64,000 bases of DNA, taken from NCBI GenBank assembly GCA_963826785.1, contig CAWGYD010000008.1, positions 288,001-352,000 on the forward strand, in the 5' to 3' direction. The position numbers and the translations under genes were made by a program. Below, one piece after another: positions 53,060 through 62,352 of the stretch (the first letter of the stretch is position 1; every line of letters begins with the position of its first letter). Source of the DNA: an uncultured delta proteobacterium (lineage in GTDB: Bacteria; Desulfobacterota; Desulfobacteria; Desulfobacterales; Desulfosalsimonadaceae). The notes below the pieces were generated by a model that did not search any database, was not told the DNA's origin, and saw only the letters and a list, made by a program, of their open reading frames with translations.

Positions 53060-53893
53060 CTAAGGTGTTATCAATATGAGTGCCAGTGTGTAGGTCGTGC
53101 CGGCGGCCGTCCACTCTCCCCAGAGGGAGGGGGTGTAGCTGAACTCGAGGCCCCATTGTTTGCTGACCATGTACCCTGCGGTAACATCCAGCTTGATCAG
53201 GTCGTAGTTGGCCGAAGCGGTGGGATTGCCGAGCAGGTCGATGGAACCGGATTCTGAACCCAGGCCGATGGTGCCGTCCACTTTGACCCGGCCGTAAAAG
53301 TCGTGGCCGAAATCCATGCCGGTCTCCGCCAGGAAGCGGAATTCGTCATCCGGTTCTTCCTGGCGCCAGCGGTAGCCCGCCTCCAGGTTGAAATATCCCG
53401 GCAGCACGGGATACAGCGACCGGCCGTAGAGCAGCCGGACCTCCTCTGCCCATTCCCCGGTCCCTAAAGGAAGGGGGTCGTTTTCATCGTAAAATGACGG
53501 GATCTTCACCAATCCCTGGATGGAGACAACGCCGATTTTGTTTTCCATGAGATTGTACTTCAGGGCGGCATCCACATCGCTGATGCCCTGGTCCTTTATT
53601 TCCAGCAAGTCGTCATCTTTTTTAAGCCACTTATAATAAATGGAGCCGATGAGGGTCAGGCGGTCTGTGACCCCATACTCGCCATAGTAGTTGAGGTTGT
53701 AATCCTTGAAATCGCCGTTGAAGGGGTACGCGATCCGGTCCCCGTCATCGGCATAAAATTTATCCGAATAGTAGTAATTGGCCGAAAGCCGGCTGTAGCT
53801 CCCCCCTTTTGGGCAGGCCCACGCACCGGCAAACGCCCGGGTCGACACGGCCAGCAGAAAGACGGCCGCCCAGAAAACAGCGATTTTTTTCAC
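53060..53893 (-). CDS. Exported protein, probable outer-membrane beta-barrel
   Basis: Signal peptide AFA; alternating aromatic strands YYGEYGVTDRLT, LEAGYRWR. Confidence 0.6.
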   Translation of the reverse strand: MKKIAVFWAAVFLLAVSTRAFAGAWACPKGGSYSRLSANYYYSDKFYADDGDRIAYPFNGDFKDYNLNYYGEYGVTDRLTLIGSIYYKWLKKDDDLLEIKDQGISDVDAALKYNLMENKIGVVSIQGLVKIPSFYDENDPLPLGTGEWAEEVRLLYGRSLYPVLPGYFNLEAGYRWRQEEPDDEFRFLAETGMDFGHDFYGRVKVDGTIGLGSESGSIDLLGNPTASANYDLIKLDVTAGYMVSKQWGLEFSYTPSLWGEWTAAGTTYTLALILITP

Positions 53894-54247
53894 GAGTTTC
53901 TCTCCTTTGCAGTTTTAGCTTTATCTGTTTATTGACGAATGTGCAGGTCAATGCCGCTGTAGCCGGCAGAAAGAAGGGAAATGAATATCAAAGAAATAAT
54001 CAATTTATCAAATAGAAAATATTAATATATTTTCAACTGATCATTCATTTTTTATTTCGCGGGTGAGGAGATGGGTCCAGGGACTTGCTTAGAATGAACT
54101 ATCCCGCCGGAGGCGACGGGGTATTGATCCACCGTGATTAAAGGATCGACTCATTTATAATTTTAAATTCCGGGCTTTCCCATATCTTGTGATTGCCCAT
54201 TTTAAGGAATGCTGAAGGGCGGCTTGGGATATGTTGCTGCTTACGCG

Positions 54248-55102
54248 TTATGAAATGATATGTTGTATACTTTCTTTATGCGCTTGATAAACTTGAACAT
54301 CTTTCGGGCTCCAGGGCCGGAACCCTTTATCCACATATTTTAATGCACCCCTTGTGAGCATCGGTAGGGATTGAAAGATAAATTTCAGATACGGTCCCCA
54401 GTTTTCGCGCCTAAGCAGGATTCCATCTTTCAGCAAAAGATACAGCTGAAGCCCATAGACCGATATCAATGTAGCCGGCATCCATATAAAAAACAGGGAG
54501 AGGGTCAACAGCCAGGTACGTTTTTCCAAGGCTGAAAACACATCAAAGCACACCGCCTGGTGCTCCAGTTCTTCCAGCGCATGCCAGTTGGTGAAATCAA
54601 TTGCGGCATTTGACTGATCACCCACCCAGATCTTTTGCTTAACAATAAAATCTCGGCTGATAGCGGATGTAAAATGTTCAAACGCAGCAGGCATGGCCAG
54701 TTCACATGTCGGCGGAGAAATCCTGCGCAGCAACCGGATAAAAAATTTATGAAACCGTTCAAACGGACGGATCGCCGGATAACCGCACTTTTCCAACAGA
54801 TCATTGCATCGCATATGCATCAGCGCGTGCCGGCCCTCCTGCCGAATCAGTGCGTCAATGTCGCGGATCAGCCTGGGATCGGTAATCTTATCCGCGTTTT
54901 TTCGGACAATATCGATGACCGTTCTTTCCGAGAGTGGCACCACAATGGAAAGGGCATTCATAAAATGAGAGGTAAAGGGATCTTTCAGCCAGTATTTATC
55001 AACATTTGAAAAGTCAAACTCAGGCCGCCGGGGCTCGATGACAATTTCCTCAGGAGTTGAACTGCATGCCGTTTTTATCGGGGGTATTTTTCTTTCCATC
55101 AT
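54248..55102 (-). CDS. Predicted metal-dependent hydrolase (ferritin-like di-metal protein)
   Basis: NALS..P..E, QEGRHALMH, FEHFT, WHALEELEH..V.FD. Confidence 0.8.
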   Translation of the reverse strand: MMERKIPPIKTACSSTPEEIVIEPRRPEFDFSNVDKYWLKDPFTSHFMNALSIVVPLSERTVIDIVRKNADKITDPRLIRDIDALIRQEGRHALMHMRCNDLLEKCGYPAIRPFERFHKFFIRLLRRISPPTCELAMPAAFEHFTSAISRDFIVKQKIWVGDQSNAAIDFTNWHALEELEHQAVCFDVFSALEKRTWLLTLSLFFIWMPATLISVYGLQLYLLLKDGILLRRENWGPYLKFIFQSLPMLTRGALKYVDKGFRPWSPKDVQVYQAHKESIQHIIS

Positions 55103-55155
55103 CCTCCCCTTATTTAGAATGAAACAAACAGATTCATTTCAGATCATTAATCTTG

Positions 55156-56199
55156 TCAGCGTTGCCTGAACTTTAAAACCCGTGGATCCATGATTTTACG
55201 CCACAATGGAGGGATCAATGCCAATAAAACCATTCCCGCATATCCAGTCGGAAGTTGGGGAACTTCATCATAATGGCGCAGTAATTGGTAGCTACGGCCA
55301 GGCTTGTAATGGTGGTCGGAATGGCGCTGAATATTAAACAGAAAATGATTGGAAAGCCAGTTACTTGAATTCCAGGAATGCCATGGGCGGACCGGTTCAT
55401 ATTTTCCGGGTGCGATTTCCTTGCGCAGAAGGCCGTAATGTACAACGTAATTGGCGTTTTCAACCAAAATAATGGCAATAAAACTTTGTGCAAAAAAATA
55501 AAAAATACCCATTACCCCGAAAAACACAGCTATGAAGATCGTAAAAGTCGTCTGGGCAAGAAGTGCGACAACCATTGGATTCTCTATGCTCCAGATTGGC
55601 TTATTCTTTTTTTTCATTCGATTTGCTTGAAACGCCCAGGCATTATTGAAACCGCCTGAAATTGTTCGTGGTAAAAATGTGTAAAATGATTCTCCTAAAC
55701 GTGAGGTGGCAGGGTCTTCAGGAGTGGCTACCCGCTTGTGATGCCCCACAACATGCTCTGTTCCGAAATGAATATACAAAACTGTGCCGTACAATATTTT
55801 TGAAAGCAGAGGTTCGAATTTTCCATTTACGCGATGGGCCAGCTCATGTGCTGCACTGAGCCCTAATATGTTGGATGATATACCGACGGAGAGGATAAGG
55901 CCAAATAACTCTACAGCTGACAATTTGCTGTAAGAAACTGCATATGCACCCCATAAAACAACCATTATTTGAATGGGAACACAAAGGACAGGCCAAATTT
56001 TATATCTGATATCTGTTGCAAGTTTTTTCTCTGTTTCCTTAGATGGGTTGAGGGTAAATCTTCCAACAGCAGAGTCCAGCAGCGGTCCAACTCCAAAAAC
56101 CAAGAATGGCGTCAGAAAGGTATAAATTCCTCCCAGCGAATAACCGAAAAAGACTGAAAGCGGTATCAGATAAATTATGGAATAAGATATAACGTGCAT
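55156..56199 (-). CDS. alkB: Alkane 1-monooxygenase (membrane di-iron)
   Basis: His boxes HELAH, EHVVGHH, NYVVHYG, QRHSDHH; ATPEDPA; PQLPTGY. Confidence 0.9.
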   Translation of the reverse strand: MHVISYSIIYLIPLSVFFGYSLGGIYTFLTPFLVFGVGPLLDSAVGRFTLNPSKETEKKLATDIRYKIWPVLCVPIQIMVVLWGAYAVSYSKLSAVELFGLILSVGISSNILGLSAAHELAHRVNGKFEPLLSKILYGTVLYIHFGTEHVVGHHKRVATPEDPATSRLGESFYTFLPRTISGGFNNAWAFQANRMKKKNKPIWSIENPMVVALLAQTTFTIFIAVFFGVMGIFYFFAQSFIAIILVENANYVVHYGLLRKEIAPGKYEPVRPWHSWNSSNWLSNHFLFNIQRHSDHHYKPGRSYQLLRHYDEVPQLPTGYAGMVLLALIPPLWRKIMDPRVLKFRQR

Positions 56200-56548
56200 C
56201 CTGGCCGCTGTTCTTTTCTAAAATGAACTTATTGTATCCTGATTTGTAAATACGAAGATAGCTTAGCATCATTTTCAACGGTTATAAAGATTTTAAAAAA
56301 CGATTTAAAGCATGGCGGTGATAGAGGCAGTAGTACTTATTATCCCTGAAACGAATAGCCGATAACCGGCCAGCCCTCCTTTGACTTGGAGCGCCCCAAA
56401 TATTGTGTTATCAATTTTCGAGGAATACTGATGAGATGCAATTGCATGGTGCACAGGTGAGACGATTTTGGGCAGTGCACCTTCTGGCAATGTTATGAAA
56501 GGACCGGCGCTAATCAGCCTCACGATTTTTTGTGTCGGCTGATTAGCA

Positions 56549-56851
56549 TCATTGGGCAGCATGCCCTGACCAAGGCTTGATATTTTTTAGTAGGGGACCA
56601 ATAGTACGCTCCGCAACTTCGGTATCATAAGCAGCTTGTGCACGTAGCCAATATCCATTGGATAAACCAAAAAATCGACACAACCTCAAATCTGTATCAG
56701 CTGTGACCGCTCGTTTACCTGCAACAATTTCGCTGATACGTTGTGCCGGAACATCAATCTCCTTGGCCAAACGGTATTGACTGAGGCACATGGGTTTAAG
56801 AAATTCTTCCAATAGGATTTCACCTGGTGTTATGGGATTAAGTTTTTTCAT
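56549..56851 (-). CDS. higA: HigA antitoxin
   Basis: TPGEILLEEFL, SQYRLAK, RISEIV.GKR, YWL. Confidence 0.92.
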   Translation of the reverse strand: MKKLNPITPGEILLEEFLKPMCLSQYRLAKEIDVPAQRISEIVAGKRAVTADTDLRLCRFFGLSNGYWLRAQAAYDTEVAERTIGPLLKNIKPWSGHAAQ

Positions 56852-56863
56852 AATAGATGCTCC

Positions 56864-57142
56864 TTAATGATAATCAACTATTTCGACTTCTTCAGCGAAT
56901 CCATCCGACCAACGAAAGCAGACTCGCCACTGATCGTTGATGCGAATACTGTATTGACCTGAGCGATTGCCCTTGAGCGCCTCAAGGTGATTTCCAGGTG
57001 GCACTCTCAAATCATCAAGACAATTTGCAATTTCGAGTTGCCTGAGTTTTCGCCTGGCAACATTGGCAACATTCACAAATTTCTTTACTTGTCGGCCTTT
57101 AGAGAGTGCTTCAGTGTATTCACATTTAAATGATCGGATCAT
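56864..57142 (-). CDS. higB: HigB (RelE/ParE-like) toxin
   Basis: MIRSF, DLRVPPGNHLEAL, QYSIRINDQWRVCF, VEIVDYH. Confidence 0.92.
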   Translation of the reverse strand: MIRSFKCEYTEALSKGRQVKKFVNVANVARRKLRQLEIANCLDDLRVPPGNHLEALKGNRSGQYSIRINDQWRVCFRWSDGFAEEVEIVDYH

Positions 57143-57532
57143 GTAAAATATAATAACGCATCTCATGAATAACGTCAAACGTGATTATTTTTAACCAACA
57201 TTATCGGACTAATATCGGTGTATCTGGTTTCCTGATAATACATAAAAAGGCTGATTAATGGGGCAAAATGGAATTACAAGGGAAAGCAAGATCCTGTCAA
57301 GCATTACAATCGATTGAAGATTACAAAGGATACCATCCTTGTTATATTTATGACGTTGATGATGATTTTGAACAGGAGTGGGGATATTCTTGGTGACTTA
57401 CATCAATTGGGAGCGGAGAACTATACGTAAAGGAGGTCTCTATTCATTCATGCGATGGTCGTTTGCCAAGTGGCATGCATGCGTTTATACTTATATTTTT
57501 ACTCTTATGGAGATTTTGCATAAATATCAGTA

Positions 57533-57670
57533 CCCGAACGAAAACCCGGATATCGGGTCAGGACCAAGGAAGGCTAAAATTTAAACCACAGGAATACGTT
57601 AAGGGATTTTGAGGATTAGAATTTGTGCCTGACGCAGATATCGGGCGAATAGACGATATTCGTTCAGTCA
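57533..57670. mobile_element. MITE-like repeat, the longer relative of 27651-27728
   Basis: CCGAACGAAAACCCGGATAT start and CGCAGATAT.GGGC.AATAGACG.T.TTCGTTCAG end are shared. Confidence 0.6.
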
Positions 57671-57703
57671 TTATACTTCAATCCATCAGGAAGGGGGACG
57701 GCG

Positions 57704-58507
57704 ATGAAAAAGACCGATTGGCGGATAACGACCTTCTTTATCATCACGGTCGGAATACTGGCCGGCGCCTGCCAGCTGATCGATATCCCCACACGGCTTT
57801 TCCAAATCGGGGCGGGATGGGATGTCGGCACCCCCTCGCTTCCCTACTATGCGTATACGGATCAAAGCCTTGACCAGCTGAATGCTGAAATGGAAAAGGC
57901 AAACCTCAAGGTCACCCTTGCCGACACCTACCGGGTGGCTTATCAAAAAAATTTTTCCAAGGCACTTCCCTCCGGGGACACCGGGCAGCGGGTGAAGAAC
58001 ATCCAGGATGCCACCGTCTATTTCCAGCGGCTGCTGGCATGGGCGGGGATGCCGGAGGCGGACAAGTATATTTTGACGACTATGGATTCCGTAGATTCCC
58101 GGTACACGCTGTTTGCTGCCGTTTACCGGCCCATCAAAGTCATCGCGGTCAGGGACAAGTATCACCCGGAGCAGAAGCTGACCCTCACCCCTATGGATCG
58201 AAAATATTACCGCCCCTATCGGTACGACATCGACAAGAATCGGATGGATGTGGTGTATGAGTGGTCGGCCCTGCCCAGGGAGTGCTATCAACGGCAGGCG
58301 GATCAGGCCCTGCTCCTGGCCCTGGCGGCCAACCAGGTGCTGGCAAAGAAAATTGAACCCGAGTATTGGGAGGAAGAGCAGAAATGGATGGAAAACCGGG
58401 TCGAATCCGTTCTGTTGGCCCAGGACGAAACCGTCTGCCGGATCATGGGGATCGACAAGGGTTTCATGGAGAAAGACTCACCCTATCATCCTCGCAAAAA
58501 TCCATGA
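57704..58507 (+). CDS. Hypothetical lipoprotein
   Basis: Signal peptide ending ILAGAC. Confidence 0.6.
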   Translation: MKKTDWRITTFFIITVGILAGACQLIDIPTRLFQIGAGWDVGTPSLPYYAYTDQSLDQLNAEMEKANLKVTLADTYRVAYQKNFSKALPSGDTGQRVKNIQDATVYFQRLLAWAGMPEADKYILTTMDSVDSRYTLFAAVYRPIKVIAVRDKYHPEQKLTLTPMDRKYYRPYRYDIDKNRMDVVYEWSALPRECYQRQADQALLLALAANQVLAKKIEPEYWEEEQKWMENRVESVLLAQDETVCRIMGIDKGFMEKDSPYHPRKNP

Positions 58508-58524
58508 TGCGTCTATCTGCGGCT

Positions 58525-59556
58525 TCAATCGCGGATATGCTTTTCACGCAGCCGTTCGGATAGTTTTTTGACCGCCTGGAATCCGTTTTCCACTGTTTTT
58601 TCGATATCCGGGTTTACCAGGCAGCAGGTGGCCGGTGAAATCAAACTCCGGGAAAGCAGCAGGTCCCGGTCGATACCCTTCCTGATCAGCCGTTCCCACA
58701 CGTCTTCAAGCTGCCTTTCCAGGGAGTCGATGTCCTCCTTTTCATAGGGTTCCACATTGGTGGGCACAATCCCCCAGGACAGCACCCCGCCACGATCGAG
58801 AAACCGGGCCACCGATTTCGCATAGGAGGGGAACACCTCTTTGTTGGTGTAAATGTCCAGCGACAGGATATCCAGATCCAGATTGAGCAGAAAGTCCCAA
58901 TCCGGGTTGCCGCACAGGTGAATCCCCCGGGGCCGGTCGATCATGGCAAAAAATGCCTCCATATCGGTTCTGGCCTTCATGTCTCCATATCCGCTCATGG
59001 CTGAAAACAGGAACTGCAGCCCCGGTTCGTCGATGAACATGAAGGCGTTTTCATTTATCTGTTTGAGCCGGTTGAGCTGCACATTGACCCGTTTGGCCAT
59101 GAATTCGAACATGAACGGCCGCACCGTATCGTCGAACAGGATAGGCCGGTCGTCTGCGTCCACCACGTTGAACCCGAAACTGATGGGCCCTTCCAGCTGG
59201 CCCCGGATGGCGGGGCGGTCCGACAGATCCATTTCGAGGAACCGATGGTAGACCGCCGAATACTGCCGGCTGATGTCGAAGATGTCAGGGGAGTCGAACC
59301 GGGCCAACACATCCTCGAATTCTTCGATAAACTTCTCCATGGAAAAACGCAGGGTCCTTTTTTCCATATCCAGTAAAATTCCCGGGAAATGCTCCGCGGC
59401 CTGGACATACATGTCCTCGTAGTAGGACAGGCGCGGCAGCTGCGGCCAATAGGGGATGTCCATGGACAGAGCCACTTGCAGCGCCCGTTCAACATCCGTG
59501 TGGGGCATGACCGCCATGGCGGTGGTGAGAAGATTTCCGGGGATCAGGGCTGCCAT
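58525..59556 (-). CDS. Short core-MetE-like (cobalamin-independent methionine synthase catalytic domain) protein
   Basis: MPHTD, PYWPQLP, GQLEGP, IDEP, GIHLCGNPDW, WGIVPT, PATCCL. Confidence 0.7.
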   Translation of the reverse strand: MAALIPGNLLTTAMAVMPHTDVERALQVALSMDIPYWPQLPRLSYYEDMYVQAAEHFPGILLDMEKRTLRFSMEKFIEEFEDVLARFDSPDIFDISRQYSAVYHRFLEMDLSDRPAIRGQLEGPISFGFNVVDADDRPILFDDTVRPFMFEFMAKRVNVQLNRLKQINENAFMFIDEPGLQFLFSAMSGYGDMKARTDMEAFFAMIDRPRGIHLCGNPDWDFLLNLDLDILSLDIYTNKEVFPSYAKSVARFLDRGGVLSWGIVPTNVEPYEKEDIDSLERQLEDVWERLIRKGIDRDLLLSRSLISPATCCLVNPDIEKTVENGFQAVKKLSERLREKHIRD

Positions 59557-59640
59557 TTTGCCTCCTGTTTCCTGTTGATCAAATGGTCAATTGTGAATGG
59601 TGAGATCCAAAAAGTGTGTTCCGATTTGTTTCTCTCGGCA

Positions 59641-60453
59641 TCACCTGCTTTTAAGAACCGGTTTCAGATGGGTCATCAGCCCGTCCCAGTCCCGGGCGGC
59701 CAGCTCGGCAAACCGCATGCCGTTTTTCGAGTGCTGCTTGTAAAAGGCGATGCAGGCTTTTACGATCTTCAACACCTCGTCTTCCGTATAGACGCCGGGC
59801 AGTTCACTGGCCAGCCGCGGATGGCGGCCCAGTTTGCCCCCCAGCAGCACCCGGAAGCCGCGGCCGCCGATGCTTAAGGCGCCGGTGGGGCATGCGGCCG
59901 TGCACTTTCCGCAGGAAAGGCACTTTTCCCAGGCAACAATCGGTTTTTCAAGATCTTCATCCAGGAGAACCGCCCCCTCCCGGCAGGCATCGACACATTG
60001 GCCGCACATGGAGCAGGCCTGATCGGAGACTTCCGGCCAGGCCGCTCCGATAATGCCGATGTCCCGGATCTGGGGCTGGGAACAGGCATTGGGGCAATCT
60101 GAAATCGAGACGCTAAATTCGTGGTGGAACTTGAGCGAACCCGCCACCTGCTGTTTCAAGAATCCAAGCAGGTCTTCTTTTCTAAACAGCGCTTCCAAAT
60201 CACGGACCAGGTTCAGGGAGTCGTTTGCCCGGTTGGGGCAGCCGCCCGGCCCGAAACAGGAATCGATCCGGTATCCCTTTACGTCCTCTTCCATCCGGGT
60301 CAGGTATTGCTTCCTGGCGGCATGCATGTCATCGATGGTAACTTCCTGTCCACCCGATTCCGCCGCCAGCGCTTCCACCTTGGCCCGGACGCGCTTTCGG
60401 ACAAAAAACGGGACTTTTTTAAGGGCGGCATCCGCCTCGGGAGTCCATTTCAT
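59641..60453 (-). CDS. Nitrite/sulfite reductase-like 4Fe-4S protein with N-terminal PCP_red-like helix and ferredoxin insert
   Basis: KWTPEA..KKVPFFVR; CFGPGGC and CPNAC; two CxxCxxCxxxC motifs; GGKLGRHP. Confidence 0.8.
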   Translation of the reverse strand: MKWTPEADAALKKVPFFVRKRVRAKVEALAAESGGQEVTIDDMHAARKQYLTRMEEDVKGYRIDSCFGPGGCPNRANDSLNLVRDLEALFRKEDLLGFLKQQVAGSLKFHHEFSVSISDCPNACSQPQIRDIGIIGAAWPEVSDQACSMCGQCVDACREGAVLLDEDLEKPIVAWEKCLSCGKCTAACPTGALSIGGRGFRVLLGGKLGRHPRLASELPGVYTEDEVLKIVKACIAFYKQHSKNGMRFAELAARDWDGLMTHLKPVLKSR

Positions 60454-60540
60454 TTGATCAAAGCTTCCTCTTTACAGGCTGTGGGTATTGTTTTTGTCGC
60501 AAAATCCGGTTATTGATTACCTCACAGTATATAAATCCGC

Positions 60541-60556
60541 CTTGACTTATGTCAAA
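60541..60556. promoter_or_regulatory. HcpR-type box TTGAC-N4-GTCAA in the divergent promoter
   Basis: CTTGACTTATGTCAAA, nearly identical to the box upstream of hcp. Confidence 0.8.
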
Positions 60557-60582
60557 GCCATAAAAAAACGACTGAACGGAAT

Positions 60583-61293
60583 ATGAGAAATATGGCAACC
60601 CCGCTTCGCGACACCGCATCGGAATCCATCCTCTTTAAGGACCTGCCCGGCCACCACCTGGACGCAATCCTGAACATCGCCGTAGAGAAAGAAGTCTCCC
60701 GGGGAGAGTTGATCTTTTCGGAAGGCGACCCGGGCAGCGGCATTTATCTGATCATTTCCGGCCAGGTGAAAGTGTTCAAGCTTTCCATGGATGGCAAGGA
60801 AAAAATCCTGCACATGTTCGGCCCCGGCGAACCGTTTGGCGAGGTGCCGGTTTTTTCCGGCCAGGCCTACCCGGCAGCGGCCGAAGCCGCCCGGAATTCG
60901 CGGCTGCTGTTCATTCCCAGAAACAAATTTATCGAGCTGATCACCACGGACCCCACCCTTGCATTAAACATGCTGGCCGTCCTGTCCCGGCGGCTGAGGG
61001 GTTTTACCATCCAGATCGAAAACCTGGCCTTGAAGGAAGTGCCCAATCGACTGGCCGGATACCTGATTCTCATGGCAAAAGAACAGCAGAACACGAAATC
61101 AATAGAGCTGCACATTTCCAAAGGGCAGTTGGCAAGCTTCCTGGGCACCATCCCGGAAACCCTCTCCCGCATCTTGAAGAAGATGAGTGATCAGGGGCTG
61201 ATTCAGGTGGAAGGACGAAAAATCAGGCTGACGGACTACGGCAGCCTGACGCTGCTGGCGGAATCCGGCAGGCTGGAAGACATGGAAAATTAA
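60583..61293 (+). CDS. hcpR: Crp/Fnr-family regulator, HcpR/Dnr-like
   Basis: IFSEGD, GEPFGE, YPA.A, HTH LGTIPETLSR; no FNR cysteines. Confidence 0.75.
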   Translation: MRNMATPLRDTASESILFKDLPGHHLDAILNIAVEKEVSRGELIFSEGDPGSGIYLIISGQVKVFKLSMDGKEKILHMFGPGEPFGEVPVFSGQAYPAAAEAARNSRLLFIPRNKFIELITTDPTLALNMLAVLSRRLRGFTIQIENLALKEVPNRLAGYLILMAKEQQNTKSIELHISKGQLASFLGTIPETLSRILKKMSDQGLIQVEGRKIRLTDYGSLTLLAESGRLEDMEN

Positions 61294-61500
61294 AACAGAG
61301 GTCACTCTGGGGCCGATCGATTCAAATGGAGGCCGATGCGAAACGCACTACGATAAAAGAATGTGCGCAAACACTGGCATACTGCAAATTTTGCTTGACA
61401 AGCACCCGAGACGATGTGGCACAATGTGGCATTACATATATTCCTAATTTGATGGCGAATTTTTTTCACTGGAAAGCACCTGGTGTCGTGACACAAGTAA

Positions 61501-61935
61501 ATGGAACCCTCTCTTTTTAAGACATATCGCAACCGGCTGAGCAAAACCCAGGAAAAAATGGCGCAGCTCCTGGGACTCTCGGTCAAGGCCGTCCGGAGCT
61601 ACGAGCAGGGCTGGCGGGCGATTCCGGTGTACGTGGAACGCCAGATGATGTTTCTGGTTTCACGCAAGGAGGCGACCCTGAATCCACCCAGACCTTGCTG
61701 GGAAGTGATGAACTGCCCCGAGAAAAGGCGAAAGATATGCCCTGCCTGGGAACTGAACACGGGCGATCTCTGCTGGTTTATCAATGGGACCATCTGCGGC
61801 GCCGTTGTTCATAAAAACTGGAAAGATAAAATCGAAATCTGCAAGAAATGCCGTGCATTCCCCGCCATCCTGCATACTGTCCCCCCGCCGGCCGGTGCCA
61901 TGGAAGCCGGTGCCAGCTGCAAAGACCTGATCTGA
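61501..61935 (+). CDS. XRE HTH regulator with C-terminal Cys-rich (two-CW) domain
   Basis: KTQEKMAQLLG..SYEQG; CWE..C...CPAW..CW..GTIC...CKKC. Confidence 0.75.
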   Translation: MEPSLFKTYRNRLSKTQEKMAQLLGLSVKAVRSYEQGWRAIPVYVERQMMFLVSRKEATLNPPRPCWEVMNCPEKRRKICPAWELNTGDLCWFINGTICGAVVHKNWKDKIEICKKCRAFPAILHTVPPPAGAMEAGASCKDLI

Positions 61936-61979
61936 TAAATATTTTTTTCTGGTTCTCCCGAAAAATCCAGTAAAGTTTT

Positions 61980-62068
61980 TCTCCCCCCTTTTGAAAAGGG
62001 GGGCGGGGGGGATTTCTCCCGGGAGGCACCAAAATCCCCCTAAATCCCCCTTTTCAAAAGGGGGACTT
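61980..62068. repeat. Paired CCCCCTTTT..AAAGGGGG hairpins (same core as 19578 and 28993)
   Basis: CTCCCCCCTTTTGAAAAGGGGGG and AAATCCCCCTAAATCCCCCTTTTCAAAAGGGGGACTT. Confidence 0.75.
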
Positions 62069-62352
62069 AAATCCTATTCCTTGGTCCTGCAAGGCGCACC
62101 CGCCCGAATCATGCGCGGCGAAATCCATTTTTTCCGAAGATAAATCCTCAGCCGCCTGTCGATGGCACAAAATAATACTTGGGTGTGAAAAAATTATCCG
62201 GCCCACCGCATGAAACCGGCCGGTTCTGGAAATTATTTCGCACCCGGATTCTTCCCGCAAATTTTAATCCCCCTTTTTCCACAATCATAAGCTATTATTA
62301 TAATGATTTATTTTTCCGTGTCCGCATAGAAAATGACGACTGAGCCTGTTTC

